The notes under the pieces: generated by a model
What the model was told of the DNA's origin: nothing
Databases searched by the model: none
What the model saw: only the letters and a program-made list of their open reading frames with translations
Translations under genes and position numbers: made by a program
Source of the DNA: Gemmatimonas sp.
GTDB lineage: Bacteria > Gemmatimonadota > Gemmatimonadetes > Gemmatimonadales > Gemmatimonadaceae
Reading direction: 5' to 3'
Assembly: GCA_965279375.1 (NCBI GenBank)
Contig: OZ257156.1
Location: forward strand, 2,208,001-2,272,000
DNA length: 64,000 nucleotides
In this document: in pieces, positions 20,301 to 28,574 of the stretch
How the letters are laid out: every line of letters starts with the position of its first letter
Numbering within the stretch: position 1 is the stretch's first letter

Positions 20301-20756
20301 TTGCTTGCCCGGCTCCTTGCCGGCGTGGCACACGTACAGATCGAGTTTGCCGTCGCCATTCACATCGGCGAGCGTGACGCCGGTGGTCCAGCTCTCGTTG
20401 TTCTCGAGATTCGCGGGCTTGGTGATGTCGCGAAAGCGGAACTGTCCCTCGTTGAGATACAGCTTCGCGCCGCCTTCATTCGCCGACAGCACGAGCTCCG
20501 GCAGGCTGTCGCCATTCAGATCGCCGATCGCAACGCCACCACCGTTGTAGTGATTGCGATACGTGAAGACGTTGACGTCTTTCGTGTCGGTGATCGTGTT
20601 CTGGAAGCTGACACCGGTGTAGCTCGCGGGCAGCAGTGAGAACAATCGTCCATCGGCAGCGGGTGCCTGTGCATCACGAGTTTCGGGGCTGCTGCAGGCG
20701 CCGAGCAGGAGGGAGGTCGTGAGCAGCAGCGGACGAATCGCTGGGTTCATGCGCAT
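17370..20756 (-). CDS. FG-GAP/VCBS-repeat ASPIC/UnbV-domain lipoprotein (paralog 1)
   Basis: Lipobox LGAC; DxNxDG repeats; NRFAVGARV...RGFQSS...EWPDG. Start moved to MRMNP (AAGGA RBS), downstream of the terminator hairpin. Confidence 0.88.
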   Translation of the reverse strand: MRMNPAIRPLLLTTSLLLGACSSPETRDAQAPAADGRLFSLLPASYTGVSFQNTITDTKDVNVFTYRNHYNGGGVAIGDLNGDSLPELVLSANEGGAKLYLNEGQFRFRDITKPANLENNESWTTGVTLADVNGDGKLDLYVCHAGKEPGKQRANQLFINQGSGSDSIPTFKEMAREYGIADGGYSTQSVFFDYDRDGDLDLFLINNSPRPVSSFGMRNTRMVRDSLGGAKLYRNDAGKFVDVSAKAGIFGSEVGFGLGVAVADVNRDGLPDIYVSNDFFERDYLYINKGDGTFAESLDKQMPYSSYFSMGLDVADIDNDGWPDIYTTDMFPEDEYRLRTTTSFEGWDVYQQKVQNGYHRQFMRNMLQRNNGDGTFSDIGQIAGVSRTDWSWSALIADFDLDGRKDVYVTNGLAKDVTSQDYISSQANQTAAEAVFNGKQVDFLQLVDAMTSTRIPNYMFRNDGDLRFTNEAKSWGLDTPSFSNGAAYGDLDGDGALDLVVNNVNMDAFVYRNNARALKKENHFLQVTLQGEGANRFAVGARVTARVGSEQFMQEEAPVRGFQSSMQPLLTFGVGAHAQLDSVTVEWPDGRVSVARNVATNARITLLQKDAAAAATSVAAPARALLADVTSQIGFGFTHHENDFVDFDRERLIPKMISTEGPALAVSDVNGDGLDDVYIGGAKEQVGQLMLQQQDGRFTRSNPGLFEPDAISEDVGALFFDANGDKRPDLYVVSGGAEYSDLAPALQDRLYLNDGNGRFHKTEGYLPAESNSGSHVAAADIDGNGTLDLFVGGRVVPGRYGRDPESVLLRNDGTGHFTDVTATLAPELAHVGLVTDALWRDVTGDGRPDLVLVGDWMPLTIFRNMGGGKLQPMPCPGLEQSNGWWNRVIAGDFAGNGRVDFLLGNAGLNQRLTASATEPTTMYVKDFDGNGFDEQLVTTVSQGKRYPMVLRDDIIKAIPPLKARYRNYKDYATQTITDIFPAADLSTAITRQAYSFESALARNNGDGTFTLVPLVRQAQLSPTFGMLAQDLDGDGKLDLLTAGNFDGVKPELGGMDGSYGLLLTGDGKGGFTPVHSKLSGFHVPGQARDIQRIRTRQGDLIMVARNNDTPLFFRANPTSPTKSLRPIK

Positions 20757-20773
20757 GGAATCCTTCATAGATA

Positions 20774-20807
20774 CAAAATAGCCTGCCTCCGCTCGGAGAC
20801 AGGCTAT
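20774..20807 (-). terminator. Intra-locus terminator/stabilising hairpin after susD
   Basis: Minus strand ATAGCCTGTCTCC-GAGC-GGAGGCAGGCTAT followed by TTTG. Confidence 0.7.
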
Positions 20808-20858
20808 CGTGTGCACCTTTTGTCGAACGACCGTCAGGTCATTCGCCGCAATCCCGAA

Positions 20859-22415
20859 TCAGTAGCCCGGGTTCTGCTTGAGGAGCGAGTTGGTGGCCAA
20901 CTGCGACTGCGGGATCGGGAAGAGCACGCGGTACGCGTCCGTCACCGTCTTGAACTGGAACGGCTTGGTGTACGTGCCAGCGCGGATCATGTCCTGACGA
21001 CGCTTGCCTTCGCCGGTGAGCTCGAACAGACGCTCGTTGTAGATCGCCGTGCGGGCCTGCGCCTGCGTGAGGCTCGTGGCGAGCGGCTTGGCCGGCGTGA
21101 AGACGCGGGAGCGGACCTGATTGACCGTCGCAATGGCGGCAGCGGTCTGACCCAGTTCGTTCTGCGCTTCCGCCTTCGAGAGGTAGACCTCGGCGAGGCG
21201 GTAGTGCGGGAAGTCGTTGGGCTGGTTCTGGTTCGTCACCGAGTTGTCGAGCGGGAACTTGTAGATACGCGCGCCTTCGCCTTCAGCGGCGGCGGTCGGA
21301 TCCTTGATTTCCGGCGTGAAGACCAGACGGTTGCCCGCGCGATCGTTCACCGGCGCGCCGGTATTCTGGTTCACCTGCGGGCCGACGAGGAAGATCGACT
21401 TGCGCAGGTCGGCGTTGTCGAACGTGTTGTACGTGTCCGCCAGCGTCGAGAAGCCGTTCCAGCCGCCGAAGTTGGCGGAGTTGTAGTGGAACGAGCGCAT
21501 GTTGAGGTTCAAGCCGAGACCATCAACCGTGCTGAAACGCACGACGAAGATGTTTTCCGCCGAGTTCTGGTTGGTCGGCAGGAAGTTGGACTTCCAGTTC
21601 GACGCCAGCGTGTAGTTGCCGGAGTTGATGATGCGGTCAGCGACCGTGATCGCATCCTGCCAGCGCGCGGCGCCCGGCGCGATGCCGGTCGTCGAGACAG
21701 TGCCCTGATAGACCTGCGCGTTCAGGTAGATGCTGACGAGCATGGCATCCACGGCACCCTGCGTGACACGGCCCCAGTTGGCTGCATCCCACTTGGCCGG
21801 CAAGCCGGCACGCGCGGCGATCAGTTCCTTCTCGACGAAGTCGAAGACTTCCTTGCGCGTGTTCTGCGGACGCTCCTTGATCTCGGTCGTGGTCACGATC
21901 GGCACAGGGCCGAACGCGTCCATGAGCGCGATGTAGTAGAACGCACGCAGCGCGCGCAGCTCGCCTTCAATGGCCGCCTGGTTCGGGACCTGGTTGGGCT
22001 TGAGCGCGTTGATGACCGCGTTCGCCTTCGCGACGCCGGACCAGAGGTTGGACCAGGCCGAGTTGATGTTGTCGGAACCAGCGGCGCTGGTCGGCGACCA
22101 CGTCTGGCGATGCAGCTCGAGCCACTTGCCGTTGTCGTACCAGTCCGAGCCGCGCGTCGGAACGATGAGTTCGTCCGTGCTGACTTGGCTGATGTTGTAA
22201 TACTCGTCGAGCGTTGTGCGGAGCGTGGAGTACACGCCCGCCAAGCCGCCGATGACCTCAGCCTGCGTCCGGTAGTAGTTGTCCGGAGTGATGGCGCTGG
22301 TCGGGGTTTCCGTCAGGTCCGTGCAACCCTGCACGCCGACGGCCGCGGCCGACAGCATCAGGAGCGCTGTTGCGCCGGCCTTTCGCGTGGTGATCTTCAC
22401 CGGTGAAATCCTCAT
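20859..22415 (-). CDS. susD: RagB/SusD-family glycan-binding lipoprotein
   Basis: Lipobox VQGC; ELRALRAFYY..LMDAFGPVP, YRLAEVYL, ERLFELTGEG.RRQD, FPIP...KQNPGY. Confidence 0.93.
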   Translation of the reverse strand: MRISPVKITTRKAGATALLMLSAAAVGVQGCTDLTETPTSAITPDNYYRTQAEVIGGLAGVYSTLRTTLDEYYNISQVSTDELIVPTRGSDWYDNGKWLELHRQTWSPTSAAGSDNINSAWSNLWSGVAKANAVINALKPNQVPNQAAIEGELRALRAFYYIALMDAFGPVPIVTTTEIKERPQNTRKEVFDFVEKELIAARAGLPAKWDAANWGRVTQGAVDAMLVSIYLNAQVYQGTVSTTGIAPGAARWQDAITVADRIINSGNYTLASNWKSNFLPTNQNSAENIFVVRFSTVDGLGLNLNMRSFHYNSANFGGWNGFSTLADTYNTFDNADLRKSIFLVGPQVNQNTGAPVNDRAGNRLVFTPEIKDPTAAAEGEGARIYKFPLDNSVTNQNQPNDFPHYRLAEVYLSKAEAQNELGQTAAAIATVNQVRSRVFTPAKPLATSLTQAQARTAIYNERLFELTGEGKRRQDMIRAGTYTKPFQFKTVTDAYRVLFPIPQSQLATNSLLKQNPGY

Positions 22416-22446
22416 AGCTCTGTGCCTGTATGGGTGAAGGTGCGGG

Positions 22447-25400
22447 TCAGAAACCGACGCGCATCCCGGTGGTGATGGTGCGAGCGCGCGGGTACGCGAG
22501 GTAGTCGATACCGCGGGCCGCGAGGCCGGCGGCAGCGTTCACTTCCGGATCGTAGCCCGTGTAGTTCGTGAACAGCAGCAGGTTGTCGCCAGAGACGTAG
22601 ATGCGCGTCGGGCCAGACTTGGCCGACATGCCCGGTACCTTGAACGAGTAGCCCACCGTGACGTTCGCGAGACGGAGGAACGAGCCGCTCTCGATGTAAC
22701 GCGAGGAGAAGATCGCCGGATCCGAGATGGCGATGCCATCGTTGATCGCCGACTTCAGGAAGTTCTTGTCCTGCAGCACGTTGGACTTGGTCGCATAGAC
22801 CAGGGCCGTGTTGTTGAAGACCTTCTGGCCGACGTCCGAACGGACGAGCGCGTTGAAGTCGAACTTGCCCCACGTGCCGGTGGTGCGGATGCCCGAGCTG
22901 AACTTCGGATTGGCGTTGCCGAGGATCATTTCGTCATCGCCGCTCGGCGAGGTGGTGGTGCCGTCCAGCGTGCGACCCGTCTCGTTGCCGGAGGCGTCAC
23001 GCGTGACCTTGTACTTGTTGAAGAGCTGCTGACCCTGCGCGTTTATTCCCGCGAACTCCGGGCCCCAGAACGTGCCGATCGGCTGGCCGGGGATGATGCG
23101 CTGCGAGTTGCGGCCCGACTGACCCTGGCCGCTGACGCTGCCGGTGGAGATGAACTTCTGCTTGCCGAGGCTCTCGACGTTGTTGCGGTCAACCGAGAGC
23201 ACGAGGCCAACGTTCCAGGTCTTCTTGGACGAGTTGATGATCGAGGCGTCGATGGACGCTTCGAGGCCCTTGTTGGTGACGGAGCCGATGTTCTGGAGCT
23301 GCGTTCCAACGACGGCCGGCTGCGGCACGTCCACCGTGAGGAGGAGGTCGGTGGTCTTCTTGCTGTAGAACTCGACCGTACCGGTGAACTTGTTGTTGTG
23401 CAGGCCGTAATCCATCGCGACGCTGGTCTGCGCCGTCTGCTCCCACTTCAGGTTCGGATTCGGGTTCTGCGTCGGGATGACACCCGTGTAGACCGTGTTG
23501 CCGAACACATAGCGCGCGTTGCCGTCCGTGCCCAGCAGCGTGAGCGAGGCGTACGGGTTCACGGCCTGGTTACCCTGCAAGCCGTAGCCGGCGCGCAGAC
23601 GAAGATCCGAGAAGAGGTTCTGGTTCTTCATGAAGCCTTCGTCGCTGAGCTTCCACGACGCGGAGACGGCCGGGAACGTCGCCCACTTATTGCCCTCGCC
23701 GAACTTCGACGAGCCGTCCTTACGAACGACGGCGGTCAGGAAGTATCGATTCTTGTAGCTGAGGTTCGCGCGGGTGAAGAACGACGCGAGGCGGTTCGTC
23801 ACGGCGTACGAATACGGCGGGTTGAGCGTCGCGCCGGCGCCGAGGTTGTTGAACGTGAAGGCGTCGGTCAGGAAGTTGCGACCCTGCGCGCCGAAGCCGC
23901 TCGTGTTGTAGTCGGCATGCTCGTAGCCACCGACGATGTCGAACTCGGTCTGCTCGCCGAGGTTCGGCTTGTACGTCAGGAGCGTCTGCACCGTGGCCGA
24001 CGACACACTGCGGTTGTCGATCGCCGCGAGGCCGTTGTACTCGGCGCCGGCCGGGCTGATGGCCGGGAAGTAGTGGTTACGCACCGAGCCCGACTTGTCC
24101 ACGCCGATGTTGGCCGAGGCGCTGAGCGAGCTGAAGATCGAGTACGTCGCCGTGATGTTGCCGAGCGCGCGGTTGGTCACCGCGTTGTCACGCACCTGGT
24201 TGGCCAAGGCCACCGGGTTACGCTGCGACTGACGGCCACCACCGAGTTCGTAGTACGGGTTGCCGCCGGGCGTCGTGTTGAGGATCGGACGCGTCGGGTT
24301 GAAGGTCACCATGTTGTTGAACACGCCGCCTTCGAAGCCACCGATCGTTTCGAACGGGAGATACTTATTCGTCACCTGCGACGCGGTCATGTTCAGGCCG
24401 AGCGTCAGCTTGCCATCCGCCGCCGTCGTGTTGGCGTTCAGACGGCCCTGCAAGCGCTCGAATCCGTTGGCGATGATGACGCCTTCCTGATTCATGTAGT
24501 TGAGCGACGCGCGGTAGCGCGTGTCCTGCGTGCCGCCGGAGAACGACAGGTTGTGGTTCTGCGTCATCGACGTGCGCGAGACGGCATCCTGCCAGTTGGT
24601 GTTGGCCGTGCCCTGCGACGTCAGACGGCTCTGCGGCAGCTTGCCCGCGGCAACCTGCGCCTGCACGAACGCGCGATATTCATCGCCGTTCAGCACGTCG
24701 AGTGGACGCGCCACCGAGGCCATCGCGGAGTAGCCTTCGTACTCGAGCTGTCCGCCACCCGTGCCGCGACCCTGCTTGGTCTCGATGAGGATGACGCCGT
24801 TCGCGCCGCGCGATCCGTAGATGGCCGTCGCCGACGCGTCCTTGAGGACGGTGATGTTGGCGATGTCGCTCGGGTTGATCAGCGTCAGCGGGCTGCGCGG
24901 CAACGACGGCGTGCCGCCAAGGCCGATACCGCCGGCTTCGGTGGACTCGTTGTTGATCGGCACACCGTCGATGACATAGAGCGGCTCGCTGCTTGCGCTG
25001 ATGGAGGTACCGCCGCGGATGCGCACCTGCGCACCGGCACCCGGCTCACCACCATCTAGCGTCACGTTCACGCCAGCCACGCGGCCGGCGAGCATGCCGT
25101 TCACGTTCGGCATCACGCCGACGTTCGCGTCCGCGCCCTTGACCGTGGCGACGGAGCCCGTGACCGCTTCACGACGCTGCGTGCCGTAACCAACCGTGAC
25201 CATCTCGGATAGGAACGCGGCTACCGGCTTCAACGAGACGTTGAGTGTGGCCGTACCACCAGCGGCGACCGGAACCTGCTGCTGCACCGCGGCGTATCCG
25301 ATACGCGTGATCCGAACCATCGGCGTGCCCGCAGGAACGCCAGTCAGGGTGTAGCCACCGTCAGCACGCGTCAGCGTGCCTCGCGTGGTGCCGACGATGA

Positions 25401-25539
25401 CGACGGCGGCACTGCCGATCGGTGCCTGCGAGGTGGAGTCGACGACTTTGCCGGAGATGGTTCCTGAGCCCTGAGCCTGGGCTGGAACTGTCCACAGCAT
25501 GGCGACCGCGAGGGCGCCGAGGACACGAACGAATTTCAT
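22447..25539 (-). CDS. susC: SusC/RagA-family TonB-dependent transporter
   Basis: Signal peptide, N-terminal extension, VGYG, PLYVIDGVP, VLKDASATAIYGSRGANGVILIETK, NPNLKWE, terminal Phe. Confidence 0.96.
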   Translation of the reverse strand: MKFVRVLGALAVAMLWTVPAQAQGSGTISGKVVDSTSQAPIGSAAVVIVGTTRGTLTRADGGYTLTGVPAGTPMVRITRIGYAAVQQQVPVAAGGTATLNVSLKPVAAFLSEMVTVGYGTQRREAVTGSVATVKGADANVGVMPNVNGMLAGRVAGVNVTLDGGEPGAGAQVRIRGGTSISASSEPLYVIDGVPINNESTEAGGIGLGGTPSLPRSPLTLINPSDIANITVLKDASATAIYGSRGANGVILIETKQGRGTGGGQLEYEGYSAMASVARPLDVLNGDEYRAFVQAQVAAGKLPQSRLTSQGTANTNWQDAVSRTSMTQNHNLSFSGGTQDTRYRASLNYMNQEGVIIANGFERLQGRLNANTTAADGKLTLGLNMTASQVTNKYLPFETIGGFEGGVFNNMVTFNPTRPILNTTPGGNPYYELGGGRQSQRNPVALANQVRDNAVTNRALGNITATYSIFSSLSASANIGVDKSGSVRNHYFPAISPAGAEYNGLAAIDNRSVSSATVQTLLTYKPNLGEQTEFDIVGGYEHADYNTSGFGAQGRNFLTDAFTFNNLGAGATLNPPYSYAVTNRLASFFTRANLSYKNRYFLTAVVRKDGSSKFGEGNKWATFPAVSASWKLSDEGFMKNQNLFSDLRLRAGYGLQGNQAVNPYASLTLLGTDGNARYVFGNTVYTGVIPTQNPNPNLKWEQTAQTSVAMDYGLHNNKFTGTVEFYSKKTTDLLLTVDVPQPAVVGTQLQNIGSVTNKGLEASIDASIINSSKKTWNVGLVLSVDRNNVESLGKQKFISTGSVSGQGQSGRNSQRIIPGQPIGTFWGPEFAGINAQGQQLFNKYKVTRDASGNETGRTLDGTTTSPSGDDEMILGNANPKFSSGIRTTGTWGKFDFNALVRSDVGQKVFNNTALVYATKSNVLQDKNFLKSAINDGIAISDPAIFSSRYIESGSFLRLANVTVGYSFKVPGMSAKSGPTRIYVSGDNLLLFTNYTGYDPEVNAAAGLAARGIDYLAYPRARTITTGMRVGF

Positions 25540-25941
25540 ACGTCGGCCTGTTTAGGGGTGCGATGTTGCGCTTCGCTCCAATCCGATGAGACGCAAATGC
25601 GCCTCGTCGGACGAGGAGTTTGGAAGCAGGCCGCGCGAGTCGTGACCGAGCTTCCGAGGGGTACTTCGGTGAAACAGCAGGGAGAGTGATCCGCGCACGC
25701 ACCGGCGCTCCATCCGCGTGATGCAAAGCATCGAACGCGAGGGCAGCAGGGGTCGTCTTCGGCGGAGCGAACTCGTAAGGCAGGAATCGGACTGTCGCCC
25801 GGGAGGACCGAAGGCTCGGCTCCGAACGGGCACTTCGGCACCGTCGCATAGGGGGCGACATCCGAAGCGTGTTGCACGAGTGACAGACCGACAGGGTGAG
25901 GCGGGAAGCCCCTCTAGGATGAGGGACCGGTAATCGGATGG

Positions 25942-25957
25942 TGTTACGCTGTTAACA
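25942..25957. promoter_or_regulatory. Palindromic operator candidate TGTTA-N6-TAACA
   Basis: AT-rich inverted repeat in the divergent susC/hydrolase intergenic region; a second, TGTCA-N9-TGACA, lies at 25990-26008. Confidence 0.4.
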
Positions 25958-26073
25958 GTCTGGCCCAATCCTAAGTCACGCGAAGGTATTGTCAACTTTT
26001 GACTGACAGTTGTAACGAGCTCGACAGCGCATTCGCCATCGACGGCATGGCGGTCCATCCATAGGATTGGCGC

Positions 26074-28542
26074 ATGCCGATGACCGCCAGTCTCGCCCTC
26101 CTGCTCCAGCTCGCCGCCGCGGGTCGCCCTGCGACCGAGATCCGGCCGACGCTCGCCTTTCCCGAAGCCGGCCTCGACGACCCTGCCACCTACCAGGGCT
26201 ATCAGACCCGCTTTTACCGCGACGCGGCCCGAAACACGCTCCAGATCTATATAGATGAGCGCGCGGCTCGCGTCGTTCATCTTTGGGCGGACGCCGAGAA
26301 TGAATCCATCGGCTTCACCGCCCGACAGCCCGACGGCAGCACGGCCCCCCTTCGCTGGGATGGTGACGGCGCCACCCTCGCCGGTAGCGCGACCTCCCGG
26401 CGCCGGGCCCTCGAATACCGGCTGATCGCCGACGGACGCGCGATCCATCTGGGCTGGTTCCTCCTCGGCTCGATGCGGATCGAACGGGACTTCCAGTACG
26501 AGCAGCGCCAACGCGCGCCCTTCAGCGCGCCAGCGTTTCGTCTCCCCGAATTCGATCGCCTCGGGGTGGCACTGGGCTCGCTCGACACAGGGACCAGGCG
26601 CTTGCATCTCGCGGCGCTCCAGGCGCCGGATCTGGCGACGCTCGAGTCCCGGCGCCACCCGAGTATTCGCCAGCAGCAGGACGCCACGTGGTGGACCACC
26701 AGGATCACCCAGCCGTCGCTCGATGGGCGCGACACCATCTCGCTCGAGATCCGGGTTCGCCGCGCATTCGTGGACGCAGCTCAGCAGGGCGATTCGATCG
26801 TGCTGCGCGCGCGGAGCGGAGCTCAAGTTCCGTTCACGGTCAGCGTCAGCACCACGGGAGCGCCGCTCACGCCCTTGGCCCGACGGGACATCTTCTCCCC
26901 CGCCTTCCTCGCGTTCCTGGCCAGAACGCGCGCCGCTGCGCCCGACACCACGAGCGAGGCCGGACTCCGCGCCCGACGGCTCGAACGCCAGGTTCGCGGC
27001 GTCGAGCTGCTCTCGTCGCGCGAGAAGCTCATGGCGGGACTGCCGACCTACGCGACGTACTTCGGCCGCGACATGCTCATGAGCGCGCTCATGATGCGCG
27101 CGATCTGGCAGCCGGCCATGTCCGAAGCGGTCATTTCCGCAGCGTTGCGAAAACTCTCTCCCGCCGGAGAGGTCAGCCACGAAGAGGCGCTGGGCGGGCA
27201 AGCCGTGCGCGAGTCCGCGTCGGAGTACGCGACGCTCATCGAGGCGAGCAACGCCGCGCGCGCACGTGGCGCGACAGCTCTGTCCGACTCGCTGCGCAAC
27301 GTCGCGCGATCCGTGTTGCAGCAGGCACGGCGGACGCGCGAGAACTATCACATGATCGACGACGAATTCCAGCTCCCGGTTTTCGTTGCGCGCTGGATCA
27401 CCGAAAGCTCGATATCGGCAGCGTCCAAGCGCGCCTTCCTCCGCGCGAATGGCGGCGGTGCATCGCGCACGGTGCTGCTGTTGCGAGAACTTGCGCTCGT
27501 CGCGCGAATGACTGCGCCGTACGTGGCCAAGCCGTCTCCATCGTCGCTGATTTCGTTTGCGCCGCGCGACGTCATCGGGTGGGCCTCGCAGAGTTGGCGA
27601 GACAGCGGCGTGGGCTACGCGAGCGGCCGCTACGCGATGGACGTCAACGCCATCTGGGCTCCGCAGGCGCTCGAGGCGATCGCACGCATTCTGCCGGCCA
27701 TGCGCGCGCTCGGCGAGCCGATCGACGCACTCGTTGCGGCCGACAGCACACTCTCGCGCAACGCGACGTTCGTGTCGTGGCTGCGTCAGCCGTCGCTCGT
27801 CGATGCGGCAGCGCGCGTCTGGCGTGGCGCAGACCAACACTTTCTCGTGCGTCTCTCGCCCTCACAGCTACGCGACGGAATCCAGGCACGCCTCGCCGCG
27901 ATGCCGGCTGATGAACAGACGTACTGGCGTGCACGCGTTGCGGACACTGGCAGCGACAAGGACTCGCTGACATTCCTTGCGCTCTCGCTCGATGCAGCGG
28001 GCGAACCGATCGGCGTGGCCAACAGCGATCCGGCCACGCGGCTTTTTCTGGGTGAGCATGAAGGACAACCGGCATCGCTGCGTCCTGAGGACATCGCGAC
28101 CGGACTGCGAGACGCGCAGCTCTTTGCTCGGCCGTATCCCGCGGGGCTGCTGGTGGACGGCGTCGGTCCTGCCGTGGCCAACGATGCCTATGCCACGCCC
28201 GCGGTGTGGGACGCGTTCGTGAAGGACGCGTATCACGGGCCGCGTGTGGTGTGGGGGCGCGAGGTGAATCTGTTTCTGCTCGCGGCCGCTGAGCGCGTGC
28301 GGCTGGGCGAGCGCGCGCAGACACCGGAGGCGAAGGCATACGCGGCCGCGCTGCGCGACGCGATCACTGCGGTCAAGCGCGCCGTTGACGCGTCAGGATT
28401 TCACAGTGAGTTGTGGAGCTATGGCTTCTCCAACGGGACGCCCGGTCCGATCCGATACGGCAGCGGGGCGGACGTGCAGCTCTGGAGCACGACGGATCTG
28501 GCGGTGGCGTTTGCACTCTCGCGCATCGCGGCGACTCGCTAA
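26074..28542 (+). CDS. Uncharacterised, probably exported (alpha/alpha)6 glycoside-hydrolase-like (glycogen-debranching-like) protein
   Basis: TYFGRD, SHEE, YHMIDD, WRDS, YHG..VVW, SELWSY, VQLWS acidic/aromatic motifs; divergent from susC. Confidence 0.6.
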   Translation: MPMTASLALLLQLAAAGRPATEIRPTLAFPEAGLDDPATYQGYQTRFYRDAARNTLQIYIDERAARVVHLWADAENESIGFTARQPDGSTAPLRWDGDGATLAGSATSRRRALEYRLIADGRAIHLGWFLLGSMRIERDFQYEQRQRAPFSAPAFRLPEFDRLGVALGSLDTGTRRLHLAALQAPDLATLESRRHPSIRQQQDATWWTTRITQPSLDGRDTISLEIRVRRAFVDAAQQGDSIVLRARSGAQVPFTVSVSTTGAPLTPLARRDIFSPAFLAFLARTRAAAPDTTSEAGLRARRLERQVRGVELLSSREKLMAGLPTYATYFGRDMLMSALMMRAIWQPAMSEAVISAALRKLSPAGEVSHEEALGGQAVRESASEYATLIEASNAARARGATALSDSLRNVARSVLQQARRTRENYHMIDDEFQLPVFVARWITESSISAASKRAFLRANGGGASRTVLLLRELALVARMTAPYVAKPSPSSLISFAPRDVIGWASQSWRDSGVGYASGRYAMDVNAIWAPQALEAIARILPAMRALGEPIDALVAADSTLSRNATFVSWLRQPSLVDAAARVWRGADQHFLVRLSPSQLRDGIQARLAAMPADEQTYWRARVADTGSDKDSLTFLALSLDAAGEPIGVANSDPATRLFLGEHEGQPASLRPEDIATGLRDAQLFARPYPAGLLVDGVGPAVANDAYATPAVWDAFVKDAYHGPRVVWGREVNLFLLAAAERVRLGERAQTPEAKAYAAALRDAITAVKRAVDASGFHSELWSYGFSNGTPGPIRYGSGADVQLWSTTDLAVAFALSRIAATR

Positions 28543-28574
28543 CGGCGCGCGGCTGACTCGACACGCATTCGCTG

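Noticed and set aside
12492..20756. Recurrent GCCGTCGCCGTT-like DNA repeats
   Set aside because: They encode the DxNxDG FG-GAP protein repeats and are not independent DNA elements.
1264..25059. Many long plus-strand ORFs (e.g. 1264..2703, 4153..5682, 11054..12439, 20811..22406, 23398..25059)
   Set aside because: Antisense shadows of well-supported minus-strand genes, expected from high-GC codon bias.
25552..27840. 762-aa minus-strand ORF and other ORFs over the susC upstream region
   Set aside because: Antisense to the 26074..28542 gene, Arg-rich, with no recognisable motifs.
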